Source: Deltaproteobacteria bacterium
GTDB taxonomy: Bacteria; Bdellovibrionota_B; Oligoflexia; Oligoflexales; Bog-1112
Direction of reading: 5' to 3'
Length of the DNA: 64,000 nucleotides
NCBI GenBank assembly: GCA_947466225.1
Contig: CANIBL010000008.1
Coordinates: 1,779 to 65,778 of the forward strand
Part shown: piece after piece, positions 47,929-56,147 of the stretch
How positions within the stretch are numbered: position 1 is the first letter of the stretch
Layout: each line of letters opens with the position of its first letter
Translations under genes and position numbers: made by a program
The notes under the pieces: model-generated
Databases searched by the model: none
Told to the model about the DNA's origin: nothing
Seen by the model: the letters and a program-made list of their open reading frames with translations, nothing else

Positions 47929-48321
47929 TTACTTCTGAGCAACGGAGGGATCTTGTGCGGAAAGTACATATGACGTTGGGGTAATGTTATGGGTATCCAT
48001 AATATGAAACAATTCCGACCTCAAATAGTGCACAACATGTTGCTTTTGTGCACTTGGGTTTTGCTCCAGTTCTCCGATCTGTGTTTGCAAAGCATGCACT
48101 TGAGCCTTGGGATCCTCCAACCGTTGAACCCCATCCATAATTTGGTTGAAAGACGCTCGGTCCTCGGGAGAAATACCCTTGAGATAGCCATGTCGATGGG
48201 CTTGCTGTACAGCACTGAGATCTGTTTCGATCTCTACTCGACCCGGTTGTGTCGTGGAGGGTTGGATCACACCAGGACGACCAGTACGGGTAAAAGCTGG
48301 ATCCCCGATTCCAATGGACAT
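47929..48321 (-). CDS. Hypothetical protein, flagellar-locus paralog 1 (130 aa)
   Basis: See the paralog at 47520. Occupies the position usually held by fliT downstream of fliS. Confidence 0.5.
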   Translation of the reverse strand: MSIGIGDPAFTRTGRPGVIQPSTTQPGRVEIETDLSAVQQAHRHGYLKGISPEDRASFNQIMDGVQRLEDPKAQVHALQTQIGELEQNPSAQKQHVVHYLRSELFHIMDTHNITPTSYVLSAQDPSVAQK

Positions 48322-48417
48322 ACGCAGCCTCCCTCTTGGATGATGGGCTATCTTTATGCTACCAAGGGGAAGAGCAAGGGGGCAATGAGGGAAGAGGGGC
48401 AGAAGCTACCTAGGGGG

Positions 48418-48442
48418 GTTTTACTGGGGAACCAGTAAAAAA
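48418..48442. repeat. Minimal REP-like hairpin (family 1, truncated) downstream of fliS
   Basis: ttttactggggaaccagtaaaaaaa. Confidence 0.5.
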
Positions 48443-48443
48443 A

Positions 48444-48878
48444 TTAGGTTTTAATTTGAACTTTATCTTGCTGTTGTACCGCACCAACAGGAGACAAGAC
48501 CCCATCTGGTCGAGGATTTTCGATGATATCCTTCCACGCACTATACAAGGTAGCGAGCAATCCTTCTACTTGACGTAAGCATTCAACCCGATTGTCAATA
48601 TTGCCCTCGATCAACTTGTCGATCATAAAGATATACAAATTTTCCAAATCCGCGGCAAGCTCACCTCCGACTTTAAAATTCAGGGTGGCCATCAGTTCCG
48701 AGATAATCGCAGTGGCTCGACTGATGGTACGCCCTTTCTCTGCAATTCGCTTTTCCTCCATGGCGACAATGGCTTGCTTTACAAAGCGAATGGCACCTTC
48801 ATATAAAAGGAGCAAAATTTGCTCGCGACTGGCAGTGGTGACGGCAGTTCTTTGGTACTGATGATACGGATTGCTCAT
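48444..48878 (-). CDS. fliS: Flagellar export chaperone FliS
   Basis: 144 aa four-helix protein. N-terminal Y.Q......S.EQILLLLYEGAIRF is typical of FliS. Directly follows fliD. Confidence 0.88.
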   Translation of the reverse strand: MSNPYHQYQRTAVTTASREQILLLLYEGAIRFVKQAIVAMEEKRIAEKGRTISRATAIISELMATLNFKVGGELAADLENLYIFMIDKLIEGNIDNRVECLRQVEGLLATLYSAWKDIIENPRPDGVLSPVGAVQQQDKVQIKT

Positions 48879-48898
48879 TGCGGCCTCTCGCTAGGGAG

Positions 48899-50251
48899 TT
48901 ACGCGCCGCCTCCATTGCCTCCGGAGAATCTGGCCTTCAGATAGTCACTTTGGCCTTGCAGTCCCGATAGGGTCGACTCCAGAGCAGAAAATTTTCTGCG
49001 GATGGACATCTCTTTCTCTTGCAGCAGACGCTCTCGTCGTTCTATCTCCTGGTCCTGGTTCTTGATGACTTGCTCCAAGCCCCGTTGCCGGTTTTTGAGC
49101 GCCCCTGAACCCGCATCCTCCAGTTCTCGAACCTTCTGACTCAGAATCTCTGCAAGCCCTACGGTATTGCGATCTCGAATGAACAAGTTGGCGACACCCT
49201 CATAGTTCTCGGACAATGCCGCCTTCACTTTAGCTTCATCCATAACGAGTTCACCGGTTTTCGGATTGCTGGTGATCCCGATTTCCGCAATGGTACTGTA
49301 CTTATTTCCACTTTTTGCCATTGTAGTAAGCGAAGACTGTAACTGCCGCATCACCATTTTAAGGGAGTAGTCTCCAGCCAAATTTCCAAATTTTCCCGTG
49401 TCAGGATCTTTTGTATATTGCTGCTGCACAAATCCCATAATTTTGTTGTAGTTGGTAACAAAAGCTTTGATGCCTTCCAGGGTGGCTTCAGCATCGTGCA
49501 CAATGTTGACCTGCACCCGAGTACCAGGTTCAGACCGCCTCACGTTGAAGGTGACATTGTCCACCAACCCATCTAGGTTATTGGTCGAATTGGTTACAGG
49601 TACATCTTCAAATAGCACATCCAAGTTACGACCCACGACTTGCTCTTTAAACTCCAAATCTGTGGTATCTGGATCGATGGTGATTTTGGATTCTTTCCCT
49701 GATTCTTCACTTACCACCAGCAACCGAAACGCATCCGGTTGGTAGCGGGTATTCACCACCATGGCGCGTACCCCAATGTCAGCATCATTGATCTGGCTTG
49801 CCACCTGCTCCAAGGTGGAGTTGGGTTCAATCGTCACTTCTTTAGACCCGTGCTTTTCCGTGTCCACCAACATGTACCCAAATCCCACCGGGGTTTTATC
49901 CCGATCCGGGAACCCATAGGCCAATTGCTTATCGGACCTAGCCAAGGAACGTACTTCAAACTCATAGGACCCGAGTAAAGCACCAGGGGCTACGGTACCA
50001 TCAAGGATATCTGGATGTGAGGAGTCAAGTTTCAGTTTATAAAAAGCCTGTCGGGTTTTGAGTCCGCTCAAACTACCCTCTAATTCATGAAGTAGACTGG
50101 AAAATTTGTCGATTCCAGCCTTCTCCTGTACGATCATTTCTTTTCGTTTTTTGGCAGTATTGAGAGGGATTTTTTGCGCGTCAACGAGCTTCTCCACCAT
50201 ATTGGGGTCGACCCCTGCAGCTTTTAATCCTGGTGAAAACTTGATTCCCAC
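48899..50251 (-). CDS. fliD: Flagellar filament capping protein FliD
   Basis: GTG start. N-terminal FliD pattern (GLKAAGVD...VEKLV.A...P) and C-terminal coiled-coil FliD_C pattern (RKFSALESTLSGLQGQSDYL); 450 aa. Confidence 0.85.
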   Translation of the reverse strand: MGIKFSPGLKAAGVDPNMVEKLVDAQKIPLNTAKKRKEMIVQEKAGIDKFSSLLHELEGSLSGLKTRQAFYKLKLDSSHPDILDGTVAPGALLGSYEFEVRSLARSDKQLAYGFPDRDKTPVGFGYMLVDTEKHGSKEVTIEPNSTLEQVASQINDADIGVRAMVVNTRYQPDAFRLLVVSEESGKESKITIDPDTTDLEFKEQVVGRNLDVLFEDVPVTNSTNNLDGLVDNVTFNVRRSEPGTRVQVNIVHDAEATLEGIKAFVTNYNKIMGFVQQQYTKDPDTGKFGNLAGDYSLKMVMRQLQSSLTTMAKSGNKYSTIAEIGITSNPKTGELVMDEAKVKAALSENYEGVANLFIRDRNTVGLAEILSQKVRELEDAGSGALKNRQRGLEQVIKNQDQEIERRERLLQEKEMSIRRKFSALESTLSGLQGQSDYLKARFSGGNGGGA

Positions 50252-50313
50252 GAGTGGCTCTCTTTATGCTGAGAGGAGGGGGGGTGTCATCCCCCAATCC
50301 CTTTTACTTGTGA

Positions 50314-51225
50314 GTGACTATGCTACAGATCCTGCCAGTAACCCCAGAACTACAACTCTCCCGCAATGCGCTCTTGCAACGTGCCTTGCGAAGCGAATCT
50401 CCACAAACGTACTCCATCGAAGCGGAGTATCCCCTGGTTCTACCCTTGGACAAATCAGAGTATAGCTTTTGCGGGATCTTGCCCGACTCTCCTCGACAGG
50501 TACTGGTCCATGCCAATTTTTTACCTCGTACGTTGGATACCCAAATCGGGCCCATCCAAGTGGGGTTCATTGGAAATGTTGCCACTGATGAAACCGTGCG
50601 AGGCCAGGGATGGATGCGCCACCTCTTTTCGTTCTTGGCAAACCATGCTCGCAATCATGATATGGCTGCCCTCATTTTGTGGAGTGACCTACCCTTATTC
50701 TATCACAAACTGGGTTATACCCCCTTTGGGTCTGAGCGACGATTCCAGTACCGTTTGGAGGCCCCAGCACAATGGAATGGGGAAATTATAGTGGAAGAAA
50801 CTCCTAACGCGGCAGTTTTTGCCCAGTTGGACACCCTTCGTCCTGCTGTTCCCCTCACCTACCAACGTACACAGGCTGAATGGGGTCAACTACTGCTAAT
50901 CCCAGACTCGATTCTCCTACTTGCTATATCAGCTGGCGAGATCGAAGGTTTTTGCATACTGGGAAAAGGCTATGACATGATTGGGGTGGTGCATGAGTGG
51001 GGGGCGAGGCAACCCGCTATCTTGGAAAAGCTCTTACAGCATATTTTAGCCAAAACAGGCTGGCAAAAGTTGACTCTGTTAGTTCCACCAAAACTGGATA
51101 CAAAGTGGGAACAATGGTTGGATGGACAGGAATATAGTCTACATCCAGTTGGGCTGATGCAAGCTCTTACCCCTCAAGCCAAGATCTTGGAAACCGCTTT
51201 TTTTTGGGGGATGGATGGGATTTGA
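50314..51225 (+). CDS. GNAT family N-acetyltransferase
   Basis: Acetyl-CoA binding motif A: IGNVATDETVRGQGWMRHLF (Q/R-x-x-G-x-G/A). Confidence 0.7.
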   Translation: MTMLQILPVTPELQLSRNALLQRALRSESPQTYSIEAEYPLVLPLDKSEYSFCGILPDSPRQVLVHANFLPRTLDTQIGPIQVGFIGNVATDETVRGQGWMRHLFSFLANHARNHDMAALILWSDLPLFYHKLGYTPFGSERRFQYRLEAPAQWNGEIIVEETPNAAVFAQLDTLRPAVPLTYQRTQAEWGQLLLIPDSILLLAISAGEIEGFCILGKGYDMIGVVHEWGARQPAILEKLLQHILAKTGWQKLTLLVPPKLDTKWEQWLDGQEYSLHPVGLMQALTPQAKILETAFFWGMDGI

Positions 51226-51231
51226 GTTTAT

Positions 51232-51276
51232 TTTTACCTGGGGAAACTGCCCAGCTGGTTCCCAAGATAAAAAAAT
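51232..51276. repeat. REP-like palindromic element (family 1)
   Basis: tttttacctggggaaactgcccagctggttcccaagataaaaaaa. Confidence 0.65.
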
Positions 51277-51323
51277 ATAACATCACGTTATACTAGCCAT
51301 AGCCTCTCAAAAAAGGAGATTGT

Positions 51324-51719
51324 ATGCGCAGTGTATTCCACACTACCTGTTTGGTGCTCAGCCTATCCGCTTGTGGTGGCAACCAAACGTCTACAACCGA
51401 TACCCCGAGCCCTACAACCCCACAAAAAAGCAGCGCGACTTCTTCCTCTTCAACCTCGACTTCTACCACTACGACAACTTCAGTACCGGCATTCACCGAT
51501 ATTCAAAACGACATTCTAAATGTCTCCTGCGTCAACTGTCATACAGCCTTTAGTAGTTATGATGGAATTTCCATGTATGTTGTCGCAGGAGACTCTGCTT
51601 CCAGCTCACTCTACACCATGATCACCTCCGGCCGGATGCCACAAGGGGGAACAGCACTTTCCACCGACTTACAAGATAAATTGAAGGCCTGGATCGATGC
51701 AGGAGCTAAAAATGACTGA
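51324..51719 (+). CDS. Lipoprotein with Ser/Thr-rich linker and a mono-heme c-type (PSCyt1-like) domain
   Basis: Lipobox LSLSAC, poly-S/T linker. FTDIQNDILNVSCVNCH...SSLYTMITSGRMPQGG...LKAWIDAGA fits the planctomycete-type cytochrome c domain pattern (CxxCH ... MP). Confidence 0.65.
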   Translation: MRSVFHTTCLVLSLSACGGNQTSTTDTPSPTTPQKSSATSSSSTSTSTTTTTSVPAFTDIQNDILNVSCVNCHTAFSSYDGISMYVVAGDSASSSLYTMITSGRMPQGGTALSTDLQDKLKAWIDAGAKND

Positions 51720-52845
51720 ATCTAGTATCCGTCCTCCCCAGCGACCCAAGGTCGCATCGGGGATCTCCTTCAGTATATGGTTTGCAACCTTGGGATTCAC
51801 AACTTCCCTGTATGCCTTTCCCGAAATGGTGCGATATGGATATGCCAATTGCAGCAGCTGCCATGTAAGCCCAAGTGGAGGGGGGGTTACCACCGAGTAT
51901 GGCAAGCGCATCTCGGAAGATGTGCTCTCGACCTGGGCGCGAGAAGGGGAGTCTAACTTCTTACACAATACAGTACCCACCCCTAGCTGGCTCGCCATCG
52001 GGGGAGATGTACGAGAGCTCCGCTATCGCACGCAACAAGCCGGCGCAACACTGGATCGCACCTTTCTCATGCAAGCCGATGGAGAGTTGGCCTATGTATC
52101 TCCGACCCTTTCTGTAGATGGTACGTGGGGCATGTACGATGGAAATCACGAATTTCGACGCCACTATATCAAATACATGCCAACGCCCAATTGGAGTCTA
52201 CGCGTAGGGAAATTTATGCCAGCCTACGGCATTATGACCCCAGAGCACGAGCTCTCGACCCGAAGAGGAAGTGGATTCAACCAGGGGACCGAAACCTACA
52301 ATGCCGAGATCGGATTTTTGCATGAAAAAGGGGAGATCATCTATACCCAGATCACCAAGTATGACAGCCGAGACAACCTCCATGAAGCTGCCGGTAGTTT
52401 GCGGGTTGCAGCCTATGTACACAAACGCTCCCAAGTGGGATGGAGCTTTTACGCAGGGCTCACGCCAGATACCGCACGCCATCACATTCTCTCCGGACCC
52501 TTTGTGATTTGGGGGATTACGCCTCGCTTGTACTATATGCTGGATACGTCGCTACAGAAGTACTACTCCAACTGGAGAGAATTTATGTACAAGTATCCCG
52601 GGTTAGTCCTGTACAACCGTTTGGGATATGAGTTCTATAAGGGGATGCATGTCTCACTTGCAGGAGATTTTCAGTCCCAGCAACTGGGCAAGCCGAATAT
52701 GGAGTCTGCGACCTTTGGGCCTGCGTTCCATTTTTATCCACGACCTCACTTTGAAATTAGTGCCACCTGGATGAAGCAGCAAATTCGCGCCATATCCACC
52801 AGCTGGCAGGACATGGGCAATTTGATGCTGCACTATTACTTTTAA
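51712..52845 (+). CDS. Predicted outer-membrane beta-barrel protein with an N-terminal CxxCH motif
   Basis: ATG at 51712, 7 nt after AGGAG, overlapping the upstream stop (ATGACTGA). Signal peptide. YANCSSCHVSPSGGG about 25 aa into the mature chain. Alternating beta-strand pattern. C-terminal beta-signal-like LMLHYYF. Confidence 0.55.
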   Translation: MTESSIRPPQRPKVASGISFSIWFATLGFTTSLYAFPEMVRYGYANCSSCHVSPSGGGVTTEYGKRISEDVLSTWAREGESNFLHNTVPTPSWLAIGGDVRELRYRTQQAGATLDRTFLMQADGELAYVSPTLSVDGTWGMYDGNHEFRRHYIKYMPTPNWSLRVGKFMPAYGIMTPEHELSTRRGSGFNQGTETYNAEIGFLHEKGEIIYTQITKYDSRDNLHEAAGSLRVAAYVHKRSQVGWSFYAGLTPDTARHHILSGPFVIWGITPRLYYMLDTSLQKYYSNWREFMYKYPGLVLYNRLGYEFYKGMHVSLAGDFQSQQLGKPNMESATFGPAFHFYPRPHFEISATWMKQQIRAISTSWQDMGNLMLHYYF

Positions 52846-53412
52846 GGCGACAGCTCTATTGCGCCTGGAGGTATGCCCCAAGATCAGCTACGAGCGCAAA
52901 AGAAGCCTTGCGTGCAGAGAGGAAGTCGTTGGTTAATCTAGCGAGCTCCGCTAGGAAAGTCTGATCTGGGGAAGCGGCAAGGGGGATGTGTGCGCTAGCA
53001 AGTCTAGCTATAATGGCCTCTTCGGAAGAGATGCCAACCCTCGGTGTGCCTACTGCCTCCGCGGCAATACCCTGGGCGATCTTTAATATCCTTCAACTCA
53101 ATAGTGCCACTGCAACTTCACCATATGGTCGTTGAAACCGCCGTCTACTGGCGAGGGCTTTTCATACAATAGCGGGACTCCTCCCTCTCTGCCGTCTCAC
53201 CACGACCACCACAAGCACAGCTACACCAAGTTCCCGCCATATAGATGGCCCTCCCCATTGGGGTTTGCTTGAGCCAGAGTTTTGGGAAGAGATCCACAGT
53301 GTAACGCAAATTCCGCCACCGGCAGTGAGCATCAAATTCCGGGCTTTCTATTGGGAGAAATCATGAGGTAAGGTGCAAATAAGACTAAAATCCACAAAAT
53401 AAAGAGGATGTT

Positions 53413-54273
53413 ATGAAAAAATGCCTCCACCTGTGCGTGGGACTGTTTCTCAGCCAAAGTGTGTCTGCTGGGTACCTACTCGAGTCCCAGCATCGCCCTG
53501 CCATTCCGCGGCATGTTTATGTATGGGCAAACCCACAACAAATTCAAACCTGGATGCAGATCTATCACGAGCAAGGCCAATTCCCCCTCGATCTGCTACA
53601 AAAAGACCCCAATTTTGCCCCTCACATCGTGGGAAAAAATCCTGAACTGCGTCATGCTCACGGCATCCAAACCTGGTCCCATCCGGTAACGGGGATGATG
53701 GCAACTCCGACAGAAACCCTCTCGGGTGCGACCAGCTATATACACGACATCAATGGCACGATGATCCCCCAAGGCGACACCAGCTATGCACCAGCTCATG
53801 TATATGGAAATCGCTTACTGCGAATCACCCTCAACCTTTCTCGTGCTAAAGCAGCCTATGTGGGATCTTTTTCGACTGAGACCCACTTGCTCTTTCCCCT
53901 TCACAAAATTTTCTTTATGAAAACGCGACTGGAAAAGGAACTACGCGATGGCGCCAATGTAATTTACCATGAGTATCGTAGAGGATATGAACGACCACTA
54001 TTGAAGGAGTGGGTGATTCTACAGAGCAACATCATTGAATCTGCCACAGCAGATCCTGCTGTACTGCGTCCTGTTTTGGTACCTTACTTGCAAAAAATCG
54101 ACAATGCCATTCGCTCTCATTCAGTGGAACCTGTCTTTACACCCGAGGAGTCTCACTGCTACTTTAACGGGTATTATACGAATACCAGCATCATTCCTTT
54201 TGTCATCGACACCTTCCAAGATGTGCATAAAATCCAAAAATATGTATTGCCAGCTTTGAATCAATATCGGTAG
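53413..54273 (+). CDS. Hypothetical secreted protein (286 aa)
   Basis: Signal peptide MKKCLHLCVGLFLSQSVSA; AGAGGA RBS; no family recognised. Confidence 0.5.
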   Translation: MKKCLHLCVGLFLSQSVSAGYLLESQHRPAIPRHVYVWANPQQIQTWMQIYHEQGQFPLDLLQKDPNFAPHIVGKNPELRHAHGIQTWSHPVTGMMATPTETLSGATSYIHDINGTMIPQGDTSYAPAHVYGNRLLRITLNLSRAKAAYVGSFSTETHLLFPLHKIFFMKTRLEKELRDGANVIYHEYRRGYERPLLKEWVILQSNIIESATADPAVLRPVLVPYLQKIDNAIRSHSVEPVFTPEESHCYFNGYYTNTSIIPFVIDTFQDVHKIQKYVLPALNQYR

Positions 54274-54280
54274 CTTCATC

Positions 54281-54320
54281 GAGGGGGATTCCCCTCGATC
54301 GTGAGAAATACCCAACGTAC
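54281..54320. repeat. Family-2 intergenic repeat copy (palindrome CGAGGGGGATTCCCCTCG + GATCGT)
   Basis: gagggggattcccctcgatcgtgagaaatacccaacgtac aligns with 18298-18335. Confidence 0.5.
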
Positions 54321-55039
54321 TAGAATCCCAGACGTGTCATTTCGGTAGTCAATGCTCGGTAGTCTGCATCCATGCTACGGATACTGTCTACTTGGCATTG
54401 GCCTTGGCGTTGTTCTGTACGTTGGCCTTGGCGTTGTTCTGTACATTGACCTTGACGTTGTTCTGTGCGTTGGCCTTGACGTTGTTCTGTACGTTGGCCT
54501 TGGCGTTGTTCTGTACATTGACCTTGACGTTGTTCTGTGCGTTGGCCTTGACGTTGTTCTGTACATTGACCTTGACGTTGTTCTGTACGTTGGCCTTGAC
54601 GTTGTTCTGTACATTGGCCTTGACGTTGTTCTGTACGTTGGCCTTGACGTTGTTCTGTACGTTGGCCTTGATCTTGGCCTCTAGAATCTCCGGTTAAAGA
54701 GGCATAGGCAGCCACAACCGCTTGATAGGCAGTTTCAATGTTGGCACGTTCTTGTTGACGTTGGCTCTTTTTTTGTGCAGCGCCGCTTTGAGACAACACT
54801 TCTCGCAAATTGCCTACAGCTTGGTTAAACTCCGTTCCTTCTTCTGTAGAGTGTGTCAAATTGCCTGAAAGCTCGATGGCACGTCGATAGGTATCGGTGG
54901 CTTGTGCAGATGTACCATTGAAACTACTGCTAGTACCCGTGCTAAAGGTGTTTCTCATGGATTGCATAAATGGTCTTGCTGACAAAACAGGCGCCATGAA
55001 CAAAGAAGCACACATAACTGTACGTAGAGCGACTCGCAT
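54320..55039 (-). CDS. Secreted protein with eleven GQ[RC]TEQRQ octapeptide repeats
   Basis: Start at MRVALRTVMCASLFMAPVLSA (signal peptide). Helical N-domain, then a repeat array with R/C alternation. Short C-terminal tail. Confidence 0.6.
   Translation of the reverse strand: MRVALRTVMCASLFMAPVLSARPFMQSMRNTFSTGTSSSFNGTSAQATDTYRRAIELSGNLTHSTEEGTEFNQAVGNLREVLSQSGAAQKKSQRQQERANIETAYQAVVAAYASLTGDSRGQDQGQRTEQRQGQRTEQRQGQCTEQRQGQRTEQRQGQCTEQRQGQRTEQRQGQCTEQRQGQRTEQRQGQRTEQRQGQCTEQRQGQRTEQRQGQCQVDSIRSMDADYRALTTEMTRLGF
54398..54661. repeat. 24-bp tandem repeat, 11 full units (plus partial flanks)
   Basis: Units ttg[g/a]ccttg[g/a]cgttgttctgt[a/g]c[g/a], counted one by one. Units 2-3 are identical to units 5-6 (72-bp higher-order periodicity). 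Confidence 0.95.
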
Positions 55040-55237
55040 ACTTACTCCTAACAAAAAAAATGGTGAACTTTCATGAACCGTATCTTATTTCTATCTTGAT
55101 TGTAAATGGTGTTTTTTGTGTTTTCATAAAAATATGATCTGGTTACCGCCGACAAAGGAAAGAAAATCTGCTGGGCCCTTCCGAAATTTTGAGATACAAT
55201 TCGTCCTTATCTGAAGGAGACCGTAGGAGTTTTTACG

Positions 55238-55507
55238 ATGGCGAAGAAGTTATTTGTTGGTGGGCTTAGCTGGAACACAGACGACAATCTATTGCGAGAG
55301 TCGTTTGGCAAATTTGGCATTGTGGCAGACGCACGGGTAATCTTAGATCGAGATACGGGACGCTCTCGTGGATTCGGTTTTGTTACCTTTGACGACGACA
55401 ATGCGGCCAAGAGCGCCATCGCTACAATGGATGGTAGCAAATTGGATGGGCGCAACATTCGAGTAAATGAAGCGCAAGAACGCCCCCCTCGTCAGGGTGG
55501 CTTCTAA
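55238..55507 (+). CDS. RNA-binding protein, single RRM domain
   Basis: RNP-2 KLFVGGL and RNP-1 RGFGFVTF motifs; 89 aa. Confidence 0.9.
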   Translation: MAKKLFVGGLSWNTDDNLLRESFGKFGIVADARVILDRDTGRSRGFGFVTFDDDNAAKSAIATMDGSKLDGRNIRVNEAQERPPRQGGF

Positions 55508-55529
55508 AAACGCCGATAAGAAGGCCCTT

Positions 55530-56147
55530 TCAAGGGGCCTTTTTTTTTCTCTCCCGTAAGACCTCCTGCAAACGATCTTGCATGTGAGAAACCCACTCTG
55601 TGAAAAGAGTCAATTCAAAATCTTGTATCTCTCTTTTGATTTCAGTGGACAGACCCAATTTTTGTTTCATTTGTTCCATCTCATCCAAATGCCCAACCTC
55701 TTCTCGCAAGATACTTTGCAACGAAAAAGGCGCTCCGTAGGCGGCCAATACCTCTTCATAACAGGTGTATAACCAGGTGGCGCGTTTTTCAATGTAATAG
55801 GTCGTCAAGACATAGCATCCTTCTCGTGTGGCAACAGAAGATTCGCTAGATAAACAACGGGCAATAAAAAGCTCCAACCGATCAAGATACCGTCGACGTC
55901 GACCATCTAACCAAGGAGACGACATCGGCACGCCCAATTTGCATGCCTGCTTCTGGAAAAAATAAGCATGACGCGCTTCCTCTGCCGCATGTTGAAGAAG
56001 GGATAGATCTGTATTGGAGCGGGTCTGGTATCGCATAATCTTCTTGGCACCACAATTCTCCAACTCGCTCAAGGCAGCTAGAAATCCCGCCTGTAAACGC
56101 GAGTCTTGTACGATATGTGTGAGTACCTCTTTTAGTTCAACGTCCAT
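55530..56147 (-). CDS. Ferritin-like di-iron carboxylate protein, translationally coupled to bioA
   Basis: Four-helix pattern with E (SELENCGAKK), ExxH (AAEEARH), E (CYEEVL) and ExxH (REEVGH). The ATG lies 16 nt inside the bioA 3-prime end, with GGAGG 5 nt upstream. Confidence 0.55.
   Translation of the reverse strand: MDVELKEVLTHIVQDSRLQAGFLAALSELENCGAKKIMRYQTRSNTDLSLLQHAAEEARHAYFFQKQACKLGVPMSSPWLDGRRRRYLDRLELFIARCLSSESSVATREGCYVLTTYYIEKRATWLYTCYEEVLAAYGAPFSLQSILREEVGHLDEMEQMKQKLGLSTEIKREIQDFELTLFTEWVSHMQDRLQEVLRERKKKAP

Noticed and set aside
52940-53330. Possible RNase P RNA: aggaaagtc and gcttgagccag strings in the right order.
   Set aside because: The other universally conserved type-A blocks (ACAGAA.CCGGCUUA, GGUAAGGGUGAAAGGGUG, GUGCAACAGAAA) are absent or badly degenerate. 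I could not form the P4 pairing between the candidate CR-I and the 3-prime region. Kept only as an ORF-free region that needs cmscan.
54398-54661. Regular 24-bp direct repeats that might be mistaken for a CRISPR array.
   Set aside because: The units are contiguous with no spacers and are in frame within a signal-peptide-bearing ORF. No cas genes are present in the window.
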